The notes under the pieces are model-generated. The model was not told the DNA's origin. It did not search any database and saw only the letters and a program-made list of their open reading frames with translations. Of a stretch of DNA of 64,000 nucleotides, positions 9,124 to 17,380 are shown one piece after another (the stretch's first letter is position 1; the number at the start of each line of letters is the position of its first letter). Location: positions 64,001-128,000 of IMG/VR virus record IMGVR_UViG_3300043411_002794. One strand, written 5' to 3'. The position numbers and the translations under genes are program-made. Origin of the DNA: a virus.

Positions 9124-10326
9124 CTAGGTCGCGATGCAGCTGCATTCACAACCGGCACAAACGGATTTCATTTGTAGGTTGAGCTTCGGTAGCGGTTCAC
9201 CCATGTCTTCGGGCGTGAACTGCTCGATGAAGTCGTGCCATTCGGGGATTTCAAGCCCGCCGGCAAACGCCTGCTGATTGTCGATGATCTCCTGCGGCGC
9301 CGTCGCCGTCAGGAGATCGATCTCTTCGGCCGGGAGAAGTTTGTGCTCCCGAATGAACTGGGTCATCATGCCCGGCATCTTCTTGCCGCCGCGATTGCCC
9401 TTGCGGCCGCGACGCCAGAGGCCCAGTACGCCGGTGGCGTTGCGTCCCCGACGCGGCTGCTTGGGAAGTTCCTTTTGGGCCCGCTTGCCGCCGTCGCGCT
9501 TCGGACGGGCGTTCTCCGCGTCGATCTCTTGGCAACGGAGCCGCCACGCGGCGAGCTTCGTCTCATATTGGCGATCGAGCTCGTCTTGCGGGATGTGGCC
9601 TTCGAGCCGCGGGAGCGCCCGGGCCTCCATGATCACGATGTACCGCAGGTAGATCTTCTTGAAGTGCTGCAGCTCTTCCGGCTGCGTAGCCGGGCAGAAG
9701 ATGCATGCCGACTTCACAGGCTGCCCGCCGCTTTCGACCCAGGTCTTACCGGTCCAGTCGGACCAGCCCGGGAGGTTTTCTTTGCGGATCTCGGCGATGC
9801 ATCGCTCTCGATCCCAGCCCCATTCGATGAGCGGGTACCAGTAGTTGTACTTGGGGTCAGTGTCCTGGCCCTTGATCGCTTCGTTATAGCGACGCTGATC
9901 TTTGGGTCCGGCGTCGTAGCCGATGACCTTCGTGACGCGCTGCCCGGCGGCCCAGGCCGCTTGAGCCGTCGCCCATTGCTCGCAGAAGGCATTCTGCGGG
10001 GCGACCTTCCATTTGAGCGAACAGCTTTTGAAACCAAACGCCAGACTCGGCAGCGTGCCGTTGGTGAGGCAGTTCTCGCCGAGGGAGTGATATTTTGGCC
10101 AGTGCATGAAATCTTGCACGACATTTTTAACGACGGTTACAGGTGGAAAACCAACCGATTGCAGCCATCGTTGTGCTACCGGAAGGTAGTCGTATGTTTC
10201 TTGTCGCTCGTTGCCGGTGTCGGCAAATAAAATGAGATCCGGCCGAATGTTCTGGCGGCGAAGTCCGATGATTGCAGCCCAACTGTCAACACCGAGGCCG
10301 TAGGATACAACAAGGGGCTTATGCAC
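9124..10326 (-). CDS. PAPS reductase / adenine nucleotide alpha-hydrolase-like protein
   Basis: PP-loop VVSYGLGVDS, LFADTGNE, CSLKWK, WYPLIEWGWDRERC, KSACIFCP; GGAG SD before a GTG start. Confidence 0.8.
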   Translation of the reverse strand: MHKPLVVSYGLGVDSWAAIIGLRRQNIRPDLILFADTGNERQETYDYLPVAQRWLQSVGFPPVTVVKNVVQDFMHWPKYHSLGENCLTNGTLPSLAFGFKSCSLKWKVAPQNAFCEQWATAQAAWAAGQRVTKVIGYDAGPKDQRRYNEAIKGQDTDPKYNYWYPLIEWGWDRERCIAEIRKENLPGWSDWTGKTWVESGGQPVKSACIFCPATQPEELQHFKKIYLRYIVIMEARALPRLEGHIPQDELDRQYETKLAAWRLRCQEIDAENARPKRDGGKRAQKELPKQPRRGRNATGVLGLWRRGRKGNRGGKKMPGMMTQFIREHKLLPAEEIDLLTATAPQEIIDNQQAFAGGLEIPEWHDFIEQFTPEDMGEPLPKLNLQMKSVCAGCECSCIAT

Positions 10327-10603
10327 GGTGACTCCATGGCATAGCGACGCAAGGCACGGTACTTACGATATTTCCGGCCTCGCGACATAAATACTTTGAA
10401 CTGAATACGCGACTGGCGAAGCTGTCGCCAGTCTGGTTGTTGTCGGAAAGTCGTAATGAACTTTCCGTCGATGAGTTGCGGATCTTCGCGAGGGCGGCCG
10501 ATGCGAAGAGACAGGCTGTGCCTGCCCTCTAATGAGATCCGCAGCCAAAGCCGCTTCTTCCAGTGCCGCAGATCCCACGGGCGAATTTGATCTTCGCGGA
10601 GTG

Positions 10604-10810
10604 TCATGAAAGCGGCGGCTCGACGGGCAGCGGCGGCGTGATAAATGCACGGCCCGATAGTTCGCGGCTACGCATGAACGCAGTGATTTGTTCGTCGGTC
10701 GGCTCTTGCTCGTCAGTCAGCTCAATCACGAACGTAGGTGGACGATTACGCAGAAAAATATCCGGCGTACGACTAGACGGCGGGATCACGGTGAGAATGC
10801 AGACTTTCAT
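10604..10810 (-). CDS. hypothetical protein
   Basis: start trimmed to MKVCILT (ATGA overlap). Confidence 0.5.
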   Translation of the reverse strand: MKVCILTVIPPSSRTPDIFLRNRPPTFVIELTDEQEPTDEQITAFMRSRELSGRAFITPPLPVEPPLS

Positions 10811-11310
10811 CTGTTCACGATCTTGGCCAGGAGTTTCTTTTGTTTGTACCAAGCCATTTGTGCGCCTTGGCTTAGACCTTTGGTGGCCCAGTTGCAGTTC
10901 ATGCCGATGGCCGGAATGATCTGCGTTAAGTACTCAGCGTAGGGCTCGCCCATGTGGAGCTCGATAAGAATGTCTTTGAACGCGGCTCCTTCGTGTCCCG
11001 TCCCTTGTGCGTCTCCGTACTTGAGCTTCACCAGCAGGCTCTCGACAACACGAAGCGACCAAAGTGCCCGTTCTCCGGCCGGGGCGCCGACGAGCGTTTT
11101 GTCATACGTCGAGATGTACTGGTCCGGAGACAGCAGTCCGAGTTGTGCAGAGGCAATGTACCACTGATCGCCCGTCGCTTCCGCGTAAGTGCGGCGGGCG
11201 TTGAAGATGCTGCCGGTATAAAGCGAGCGAGCCGTTACGAGGTCGTTGGTTCGTTGCTTTGCCTTCCCGCAGCCGACGATAATTATTCGAGTCGGTGTTT
11301 GGTGTCCCAT
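10807..11310 (-). CDS. DUF6884-like protein
   Basis: IIIVGCGKAK, ARSLYTGSIF, WYIASAQLGLLSPDQYISTYDKTL; TAGGAG SD directly follows the hexamer array. Confidence 0.7.
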   Translation of the reverse strand: MGHQTPTRIIIVGCGKAKQRTNDLVTARSLYTGSIFNARRTYAEATGDQWYIASAQLGLLSPDQYISTYDKTLVGAPAGERALWSLRVVESLLVKLKYGDAQGTGHEGAAFKDILIELHMGEPYAEYLTQIIPAIGMNCNWATKGLSQGAQMAWYKQKKLLAKIVNR

Positions 11311-11324
11311 ATTCTCCTAGTTCG

Positions 11325-12557
11325 TCAGCATTGTCGTAGTCGCAGCCACAGTCGTAACGCAGTCGTTGTCGTCAGCACGGTCGTTGCCGTTGCCAATGCC
11401 GTTGTCATAGTCGAGGTCAGTGTCCGCAGCGTTGCCGCAGTCGTTGTCACAGTCATGAACGAAGCGCCGTCATCGTCATCAGCGTCGTCGTTGTCGACGT
11501 CGTGGTCGGAGCAGATGCCTAAGTCAACGCCGTCAGCAGTGCCGCAGTCGGTGACGAAGTCGCTGCCGGTGTCGTTGCGCTGTCGTGGCCGGAAGCGTCG
11601 TCGATGTCGTTGTCGTTGCGCCGTCAGTGTCGTTGTCGCAAGCGGAGACGTAGTCGTTGTCGCAGCCGTCGTCATTGCCGCTACCGAAGTCGCCAGCGCT
11701 GTCGCTGCCGTAGCCGCTGCCATTGCCGACACGTCGGGGTTGTCGATGTCGCGGGCTGCAGCGTGGTCGTTGCCGGAGTCGATGTCAGAGACGGTGTCGA
11801 TGCCAGTGTCGTGGTCAGATGCAATGTCGCGGACGCAGTCGGAGTCATGGTCGATGCGGCGTCTCAGTCGAAGCCTGCAGCGTAGTCACTGTCGTTGTCG
11901 AGGTCAGGACATTGTCGTTGCCGTTGCCGTGGGCAGAAGCATCGTCAACGTCGAGGTCGTCGTCACTGCGTGGTCGGCAGCGTCGTCGTTGCCGGAGCCA
12001 GTGTCAAAGCCGGAGTCGGTGTCGTCGTCTTTACGCTGTCGTGGGATCAGCAAGGACGGAGTCGGAGCCGGTGACGTAGCCAGAGACGATGTCGCTAGCG
12101 CAGTCGTAGTCAATGCCGATGCATGGACATAGCCAACAGCGTCGTCAAAGTCGCTGCACGGTCTCCGTCGAAGTCATCGTCGAAATCGTTGCCAGTAGCA
12201 TTGTCGTTGCCGCTGCCGTTGTCGGGACGTAGCCGGGGCGTCAGCGCAGTCAATGCCGTTGTCGTCGTCAATGTCACTGCCGGAATCGCCGTCGTTGCCT
12301 CTAGCGTTGCCGCAGTCGTTGCCGCAGCCGGCACGCTGTCTATACCGGAGTCGCAGCCGATAGCGTTGCCGCTGTCGGCGTCATTGCCACAGCCGTCGTC
12401 ATGGTCGTTAGCAGAGTCGTGGTCGCTTGCGTAGTCAGCGTCGTAGGCAGAGCCGTCGCCGATGTCGTTATCGAAGTCAAAGTCACTAGCGTCGTCAGTG
12501 TCGTCGTCGAAGTCGTAGTCACGATCGTTGCCGCTAGCAGTGTCGCTGCCGTCGACG
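11325..12557 (-). ncRNA. periodic YGRC/NN array (~193 hexamers + 15 pentamers); candidate VIPR-like guide RNA array
   Basis: minus strand reads CGTC-GA CGGC-AG CGAC-AC TGCT-AG CGGC-AA CGAT-CG TGAC-TA CGAC-TT ...; phase slips by -1 fifteen times so no frame is held; starts 7 nt after the RAMP stop. Periodicity is directly observed; RNA status is inferred. Confidence 0.75.
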
Positions 12558-12564
12558 GTTCGGG

Positions 12565-13236
12565 TTAAACTTCGGTGCCTTCTTCGACCACGTCGCACGA
12601 AACGACGCGGCCGCGGCCGTACCCCATTTTACGGCACGCGCCGACGCCGACGAAGTAGCAGGCGTAGTCGATCAGGTGCTTCACCGAGTTTTCGTCGTAG
12701 ATCGTCCGCATGATCCCGACGGCGTCGAAGTTGCGGAGCAGTTCGTTGGACTGGAAGCGGCGCTGCCCGCCTTCTTCCGGCTTGACGTACCGCTCGTAGA
12801 TGTCGTCTTTCTCGAACTTGCCCGTTTTGAAGTCGCCCAGCCGCAATTTGCTGCGGAGGTCGTCTTTCGGGAAGCGGCTGCCCGCCGGAGCCGACGTGGT
12901 GGCCTGCACCAGGGCACCCGAGAACTGGTGACGGGGAATGATGATCTCCGTCTTCATGTTGTTCGGGTCGATGCGGTACCACTTGCGCTCCGCGGCCTTG
13001 CAGAGGCGTTCGTATTCGTCTTGCGTAATCCCTTCCTTTTTGAGGTAGGACTGCAGGGCCTGGGCGCGTTTGTCGTCGGAGCGGGCCCGGTTCATGCCGG
13101 ACTTCTTCTGGATGTCGATGACCGAATTGCGTTCCGGCCAATACGGGTCGGCGATGTAGTCGTCGAAGTGGACGACCACCTTGAGAGTCTTGATTTGATC
13201 GAAATCGTTCGGGATCGTGCCTTTGGACTTAGTCAT
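12565..13236 (-). CDS. stand-alone RAMP-superfamily (Cas7/Csm3-like; Vipr-like) protein
   Basis: start trimmed to MTKSKG (223 aa); N-terminal beta strand TLKVVVHF; IIIPRHQFSGALVQA matches the RAMP IPxSxLKGALR helix; C-terminal Gly-rich loop GVGACRKMGYGRGRV. Confidence 0.8.
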   Translation of the reverse strand: MTKSKGTIPNDFDQIKTLKVVVHFDDYIADPYWPERNSVIDIQKKSGMNRARSDDKRAQALQSYLKKEGITQDEYERLCKAAERKWYRIDPNNMKTEIIIPRHQFSGALVQATTSAPAGSRFPKDDLRSKLRLGDFKTGKFEKDDIYERYVKPEEGGQRRFQSNELLRNFDAVGIMRTIYDENSVKHLIDYACYFVGVGACRKMGYGRGRVVSCDVVEEGTEV

Positions 13237-13453
13237 GTTGCTTCGTGAAAACCTGTGTGAATATTTTGGGATCTTGAAAACTCGGATGAGCCTCGACCAG
13301 CTTGTGGATGCAGATCGTGCTGTGGAGTCGCCGGGCGGTCTTCGGATCGCAATCCGGATCCGCCAACATGGCTTCAAAGGCCCGGGCCATGTCGGCGTGA
13401 TAGCCGCCGTAGGTGCCGGGTCGGTAGTGTCGTCGCCAGAGAATTTCAAGCAC
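13229..13453 (-). CDS. hypothetical protein overlapping the RAMP start
   Basis: 74 aa; its stop lies 8 nt into the RAMP gene (ATGACTAA). Confidence 0.6.
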   Translation of the reverse strand: MLEILWRRHYRPGTYGGYHADMARAFEAMLADPDCDPKTARRLHSTICIHKLVEAHPSFQDPKIFTQVFTKQHD

Positions 13454-13950
13454 TACATGTACTCGATGAAGTCGTCAGGTGCGGCACATAATCGCTCGTC
13501 CGCGCCTTCGATACGGATTTCGCTGAAACCGTCATCGATATTCGGTTTGCCGCTGCGAAAGTGGCCGTCTTCGAAACGAAACGGCGCGTGTTCGACCGTG
13601 CCTGTCACGTAGATGACGTTGCAAAGCTGCTTGGTCATGAAGCGATACCGCAGCTCCGTGTTATTGCAACAGGAGAGCGCTACGATTAGGCCGTACTTCT
13701 TTGCGAACTGCTCAGCTTTCTTCGGCACATCTTCCGGCAGAATATGTACGCCGGAGGCGAAGACGTTGATATGGCACGGCTTTCGGTTTTTGAATCCGAC
13801 CCGCACGACGCACGGTGTGCCGTGTTCGTTGGCGTAGCCGACTTGCAGAATGCGACCGAGCAACGGAGGCTGACCTGATCGCTCTACGCAGATTTGATCG
13901 CCCGCTTTACCGTGACCCGCGGGCCACGGACTTTTGCTTTTCTTGGGCAC
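13453..13950 (-). CDS. hypothetical protein
   Basis: 165 aa; AGGAAGG SD before a GTG start. Confidence 0.65.
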   Translation of the reverse strand: MPKKSKSPWPAGHGKAGDQICVERSGQPPLLGRILQVGYANEHGTPCVVRVGFKNRKPCHINVFASGVHILPEDVPKKAEQFAKKYGLIVALSCCNNTELRYRFMTKQLCNVIYVTGTVEHAPFRFEDGHFRSGKPNIDDGFSEIRIEGADERLCAAPDDFIEYM

Positions 13951-14359
13951 GAACCTTCCTAGCTAATGCTTGAGCCATGTTGGTATCGATCACCGCCTCC
14001 CGCCAAGCTCTGCTGGCGACAGGGGTCATCTTCAAATACTTCAACGGGCAGTCGAACCAAATTGGTCCGTCCGCTTCGGTACTTTCGCGTTCGGTCCAGC
14101 ACTTCTCTTTCGAGTCGTACGTGAAGCGAATGACAGAGATAAACGGCCACATGCGTTCTTGGCGGTCGTCCGGGCGGTTATCGACGTACTGCCAGACCGC
14201 CCACACTCGCACGTCGCGTTTGATGTTGCCTCGTACGCATTTGGCCAGCAACTGGATACAGCCGAGCCCACCGCTGCGGGTTGCATGCTGATCTGTCGTT
14301 AATGCGAACTTGAGGCAGTTTTTGAGCGTGTACCCGGACGGGTAACTCGTACTCCCCAT
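13907..14359 (-). CDS. DUF6927-like hypothetical protein
   Basis: WTERESTEADGPIWFDCPLKYLKMTP resembles the KxMxExMGPxxYDCPxxYL motif. Confidence 0.5.
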   Translation of the reverse strand: MGSTSYPSGYTLKNCLKFALTTDQHATRSGGLGCIQLLAKCVRGNIKRDVRVWAVWQYVDNRPDDRQERMWPFISVIRFTYDSKEKCWTERESTEADGPIWFDCPLKYLKMTPVASRAWREAVIDTNMAQALARKVRAQEKQKSVARGSR

Positions 14360-14365
14360 GTCGCC

Positions 14366-15184
14366 TCAGCAGAGATCTTGGACGTTGATCGGAGCTTGGT
14401 TGCGCGGGTCGACCAACTGCACCCGCTCCACGGACGCCGCGGTCTGCGACGCCAACGTGTTCAGCCGTCCGGCCGCTTCGCGGACCACGGCCTGCAGCTC
14501 GGCGATCGCGGCGGCCGCCGCCGGGTTGTTCCCGGCTGCTGCAGCTGCTTGACGATCGGCCCGCATGAGGCGGCTACGGAATTCGTCGTCCATGAACCGC
14601 GTCGATTGCGTGAGCACGCTGCGACGAGCCATAGACGCGATACAGTCGCAGGCGATGTTGAAGGTGCTACTGGCCCGCGGCGCCCAGTGAAACTGGAACT
14701 GAAAGCCTTCGCGAATCATCTCTCGCCATGCCGCCCACAGCGGATACTGCGTCCGCGGCAGCGGTTGATCGAAGTCGGAGGCCTGGCTGCCGTGTTTGGC
14801 GACCGTCTCCGAGTCGGTGACGATGTGCACCTGCAGGACGCCGCGACGCTTGATCAGATCTCGACCTTCGCACGCGTTGAGCCAGTGCAGCATGGCCTGC
14901 ATGTACGGCATCTGTTCCGCCAGGTTGACGGATCCCAGGTTCATACCGCCGTGATAGAAGCGGCCGAGCTTTTGGTTGTTGTCGACGAGTGCCGTCGCCC
15001 AGCCGCAGGCGCCGTCCCAGCCGCTGCCGCTACCGTCGCCGACCAGGAGCAAGTCCCAGCTGACGATACCGGTAGCATCAAGCAGAGCTTGCAGAGTCGG
15101 ATACGGCGGCAGGCTGCCCGGCTGGACCTTGGTCCGCCCCGCCGCCGTCGGCTGCGTTCCGGGCAAGTTGTTGTGTTTGCTCAT
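14366..15184 (-). CDS. ribonuclease H-like protein
   Basis: four RNase HI acidic positions: VGDGSG, NLAE, IVTDSE, NIACDCIA; also FHWAPR. Confidence 0.8.
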   Translation of the reverse strand: MSKHNNLPGTQPTAAGRTKVQPGSLPPYPTLQALLDATGIVSWDLLLVGDGSGSGWDGACGWATALVDNNQKLGRFYHGGMNLGSVNLAEQMPYMQAMLHWLNACEGRDLIKRRGVLQVHIVTDSETVAKHGSQASDFDQPLPRTQYPLWAAWREMIREGFQFQFHWAPRASSTFNIACDCIASMARRSVLTQSTRFMDDEFRSRLMRADRQAAAAAGNNPAAAAAIAELQAVVREAAGRLNTLASQTAASVERVQLVDPRNQAPINVQDLC

Positions 15185-15518
15185 TCAGTTTCTTTGCCAG
15201 GCGACTGCTGGCTTCGTTAAGTTCGTTGTAGACCTGTTGCAGGTTGTTCAGCAGCGACGTGCTGATCTTTGCCATCTGCTGGATCAGGTCCAGAGAAAGT
15301 CCGGCCGAAGGCGGGTCACCGTTCGGGCCCGCGATGACGCAGCCCGGCAGCGACGTACCGAGTCGTTGATCCCAGACCAGCACGACGGCAACGCCTGCCA
15401 GCTCGGGATAAGTTTGCGCAAGTCCGTTGGAGAATGCGGCCGCCTCGTTGCGAGCCAGTTCGAAGAACTGAAGCGGCTTAGGCGGAGCCGTCGGATTGGG
15501 TATCGGTTGATCCGTCAT
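15078..15518 (-). CDS. hypothetical protein
   Basis: start trimmed to MTDQPIP; C-terminal coiled coil. Confidence 0.55.
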   Translation of the reverse strand: MTDQPIPNPTAPPKPLQFFELARNEAAAFSNGLAQTYPELAGVAVVLVWDQRLGTSLPGCVIAGPNGDPPSAGLSLDLIQQMAKISTSLLNNLQQVYNELNEASSRLAKKLNEQTQQLARNAADGGGADQGPAGQPAAVSDSASSA

Positions 15519-15882
15519 GGGGAAGAAAGTCTCGTGGTCGCGAGTAGCGAATGGCTTCGGGAAGGACGTTGTCGAGGCTCCAGGCAAGATACCCGGCGGC
15601 CCAGCCGTATGCTATCGCCTGCGGTATCAGCCAGAGCGGCGTCCACCAGGGCGTAAGAAAGCGATCGGCGTAAAGGACGAGCAGCATCACGGCGGCGAAT
15701 AGTCCGCCGGCATGATGGGCGTGGCAGAACGGGCAGAGCAACGCTTCTTCCACAAAGTTCGCGCGCTGCGAGAGCCGGTGCTCCATGCGGGCCCGGAGGA
15801 CTACGAACAAGTCGCCCTGGAACCAGATTTCGAGCCAAGCCCGCAGGGCGAGCACTAACACCGTGAAATAGAAAAAGTTCAT
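15478..15882 (-). CDS. membrane protein (DUF1360-like)
   Basis: start MNFFYF (ATGA overlap); hydrophobic helices and LLCPFCHAHH. Confidence 0.6.
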   Translation of the reverse strand: MNFFYFTVLVLALRAWLEIWFQGDLFVVLRARMEHRLSQRANFVEEALLCPFCHAHHAGGLFAAVMLLVLYADRFLTPWWTPLWLIPQAIAYGWAAGYLAWSLDNVLPEAIRYSRPRDFLPHDGSTDTQSDGSA

Positions 15883-16208
15883 TCTGCGGCTTCTTTCCGG
15901 GCTTTGACCCAGTCTTGATATCCGGCCACGGTGTCGCCGTTGACGACCTCCATGGCCCAGTCTTCCTTCGGATACTCGGGATCCGAGGCCCATAGATCGT
16001 CCGGCCGTTCGACGGCGTAGACGTTCCCCAGGCCCGGGCTGCCCAGCGTATCACTGATGCACTCGTCCCAGATCTCGTCGGCCGACGTGACCATGTCCAA
16101 GAACGCATCAACCTTCTTGGCGATTGCTTCCGGCGTCGTGGTCTCCGGATCGTACTCGACTTCGACCGTGATGTAAGCCGTTTTTGGCTTTGGTTCTTCG
16201 TCGGTCAT
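15879..16208 (-). CDS. hypothetical acidic protein
   Basis: start MTDEEPK (ATGA overlap with the MTase stop). Confidence 0.6.
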   Translation of the reverse strand: MTDEEPKPKTAYITVEVEYDPETTTPEAIAKKVDAFLDMVTSADEIWDECISDTLGSPGLGNVYAVERPDDLWASDPEYPKEDWAMEVVNGDTVAGYQDWVKARKEAAE

Positions 16209-17020
16209 TGGTCTTTGACGATCGTCAGGATGCCGGTGCGGACATTGGTGCCGCTCTCCGCGAAGGAGTTGTCGGGCAGCATTTCCCACGTGCCGTTGAC
16301 GCGTTCCACGAATTCCCGGAACTCGACAGCACGCTTGTCGCTGCGGTAAGTCCAGGCCGGACACATGATCGCCACCAGGATACCGCCGTCGGCGAGGAAC
16401 TGGTACGCATGATTCACGTGCTTCACGTCGCCCAGGCCCGTGAATGGCGGGTTCATCACGATCGCGTCGTAGTCGCACGGCGAGGCGGCCAAGAAGTCGC
16501 CGTTGTGGACGATCAATCGATCCCCGTGTTTTTGCTTCAAGGCGATGAGCACGTTGATTAGCAGGGGATCGAGTTCGTACATCTCGATGCGCGTGTGCTT
16601 ACCGAGGCTGAGCAGGGCCTGCACGATGCGGCCCTTGCCGGCCGAAGGCTCGAGGACGTCGATCGTTTCGGTGTTGACCTTCCGCGACTTGAAGTGGTTA
16701 CGAATGATCTCGTAAAGCATGGCGGCGATTGCCACCGGCGTTTCGAAGAATTGGTATTCCTTCTTGCGGTCGATGTACTGGCCGGCGAATACGACGTCTT
16801 CCAGCAGGCCGCGAGCCTCTTCGGGGAAGACGTGCACTTTGCCGGAGCGCGACCACTTGCCGCCCATCGCTTCGAGCACTTTGTTGACCGCTTGGTACGT
16901 AGTGCGGTCAAGTTTGTTGGTGATGGTGACGTTGTTGCCGTCGTACTTGAGTTGCCGCAGCTCTTCAAGGATCTTGGGGTCGATCTTGGTGATACCGGGG
17001 GCTTTAGCCGTTTTCGGCAT
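16205..17020 (-). CDS. amino-DNA methyltransferase (probably N6-adenine), class I SAM-dependent
   Basis: QFFETP, VLEPSAGKG (motif I), GDFL, IVMNPPF (motif IV), GTNVRT. Confidence 0.88.
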   Translation of the reverse strand: MPKTAKAPGITKIDPKILEELRQLKYDGNNVTITNKLDRTTYQAVNKVLEAMGGKWSRSGKVHVFPEEARGLLEDVVFAGQYIDRKKEYQFFETPVAIAAMLYEIIRNHFKSRKVNTETIDVLEPSAGKGRIVQALLSLGKHTRIEMYELDPLLINVLIALKQKHGDRLIVHNGDFLAASPCDYDAIVMNPPFTGLGDVKHVNHAYQFLADGGILVAIMCPAWTYRSDKRAVEFREFVERVNGTWEMLPDNSFAESGTNVRTGILTIVKDQ

Positions 17021-17056
17021 TGTCGTCTTTCTGGTTGTCGGGATCGCTTAGCGGCG

Positions 17057-17380
17057 TCAGCTCGTCGGGCACGGCGTGTCTCCGGGCGGATTCGTCGGAC
17101 AGGGGTACTGCGTGATATTCTTCTCACGCACGGCGGCGACGACCTTCTGGAATTTTTCCGGGTCGGCCATGATGAGGATGCCCAGCGGATTGTCGAAGCA
17201 GATCGCTAGGGCGATTGCTTCGGCAGGATCTGCGCATTCCAGTGGTGCGCCGAGGAGGCAACTGCCCCGCTCCTGATTGAACACGCCGGTTTTGCCGTTG
17301 GGCAGCAATTCCGTGTACGTGTCAATCGGAGCGGGTCGCGGCGTCTTTGCGGATCTGTCGAGGATTGTGGAAAAGTCCAT
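17057..17380 (-). CDS. hypothetical protein
   Basis: start MDFSTIL overlapping the thyX stop (TAATG). Confidence 0.55.
   Translation of the reverse strand: MDFSTILDRSAKTPRPAPIDTYTELLPNGKTGVFNQERGSCLLGAPLECADPAEAIALAICFDNPLGILIMADPEKFQKVVAAVREKNITQYPCPTNPPGDTPCPTS

Noticed and set aside
782-10326. Complete Dnd phosphorothioation system
   Set aside because: Only loosely DndB-like and DndC-like genes, 7 kb apart; no DndA/D/E seen.
10954-12132. 392 aa plus-strand ORF
   Set aside because: Antisense shadow of the hexamer array; composition cycles through V-, S- and R/C-rich blocks at each 5-nt slip; it opposes the operon direction.
11325-12557. Canonical CRISPR, TIGR or DGR interpretation of the array
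   Set aside because: No 25-45 nt repeats with unique spacers, no Nop-domain protein or box motifs seen, and no reverse transcriptase or TR/VR pair in the window.
11325-12598. Asp-rich / Thr-rich minus-strand ORFs (12110..12598, 11904..12113, 11325..11732) as low-complexity proteins
   Set aside because: Each switches between D-, T- and R-rich phases within one frame. The D-rich phase lacks K/E/Q/M/W because hexamer position 1 is nearly always C/T, a nucleotide-level constraint. The first ORF starts inside the RAMP gene. A decayed xDxD protein is not formally excluded.
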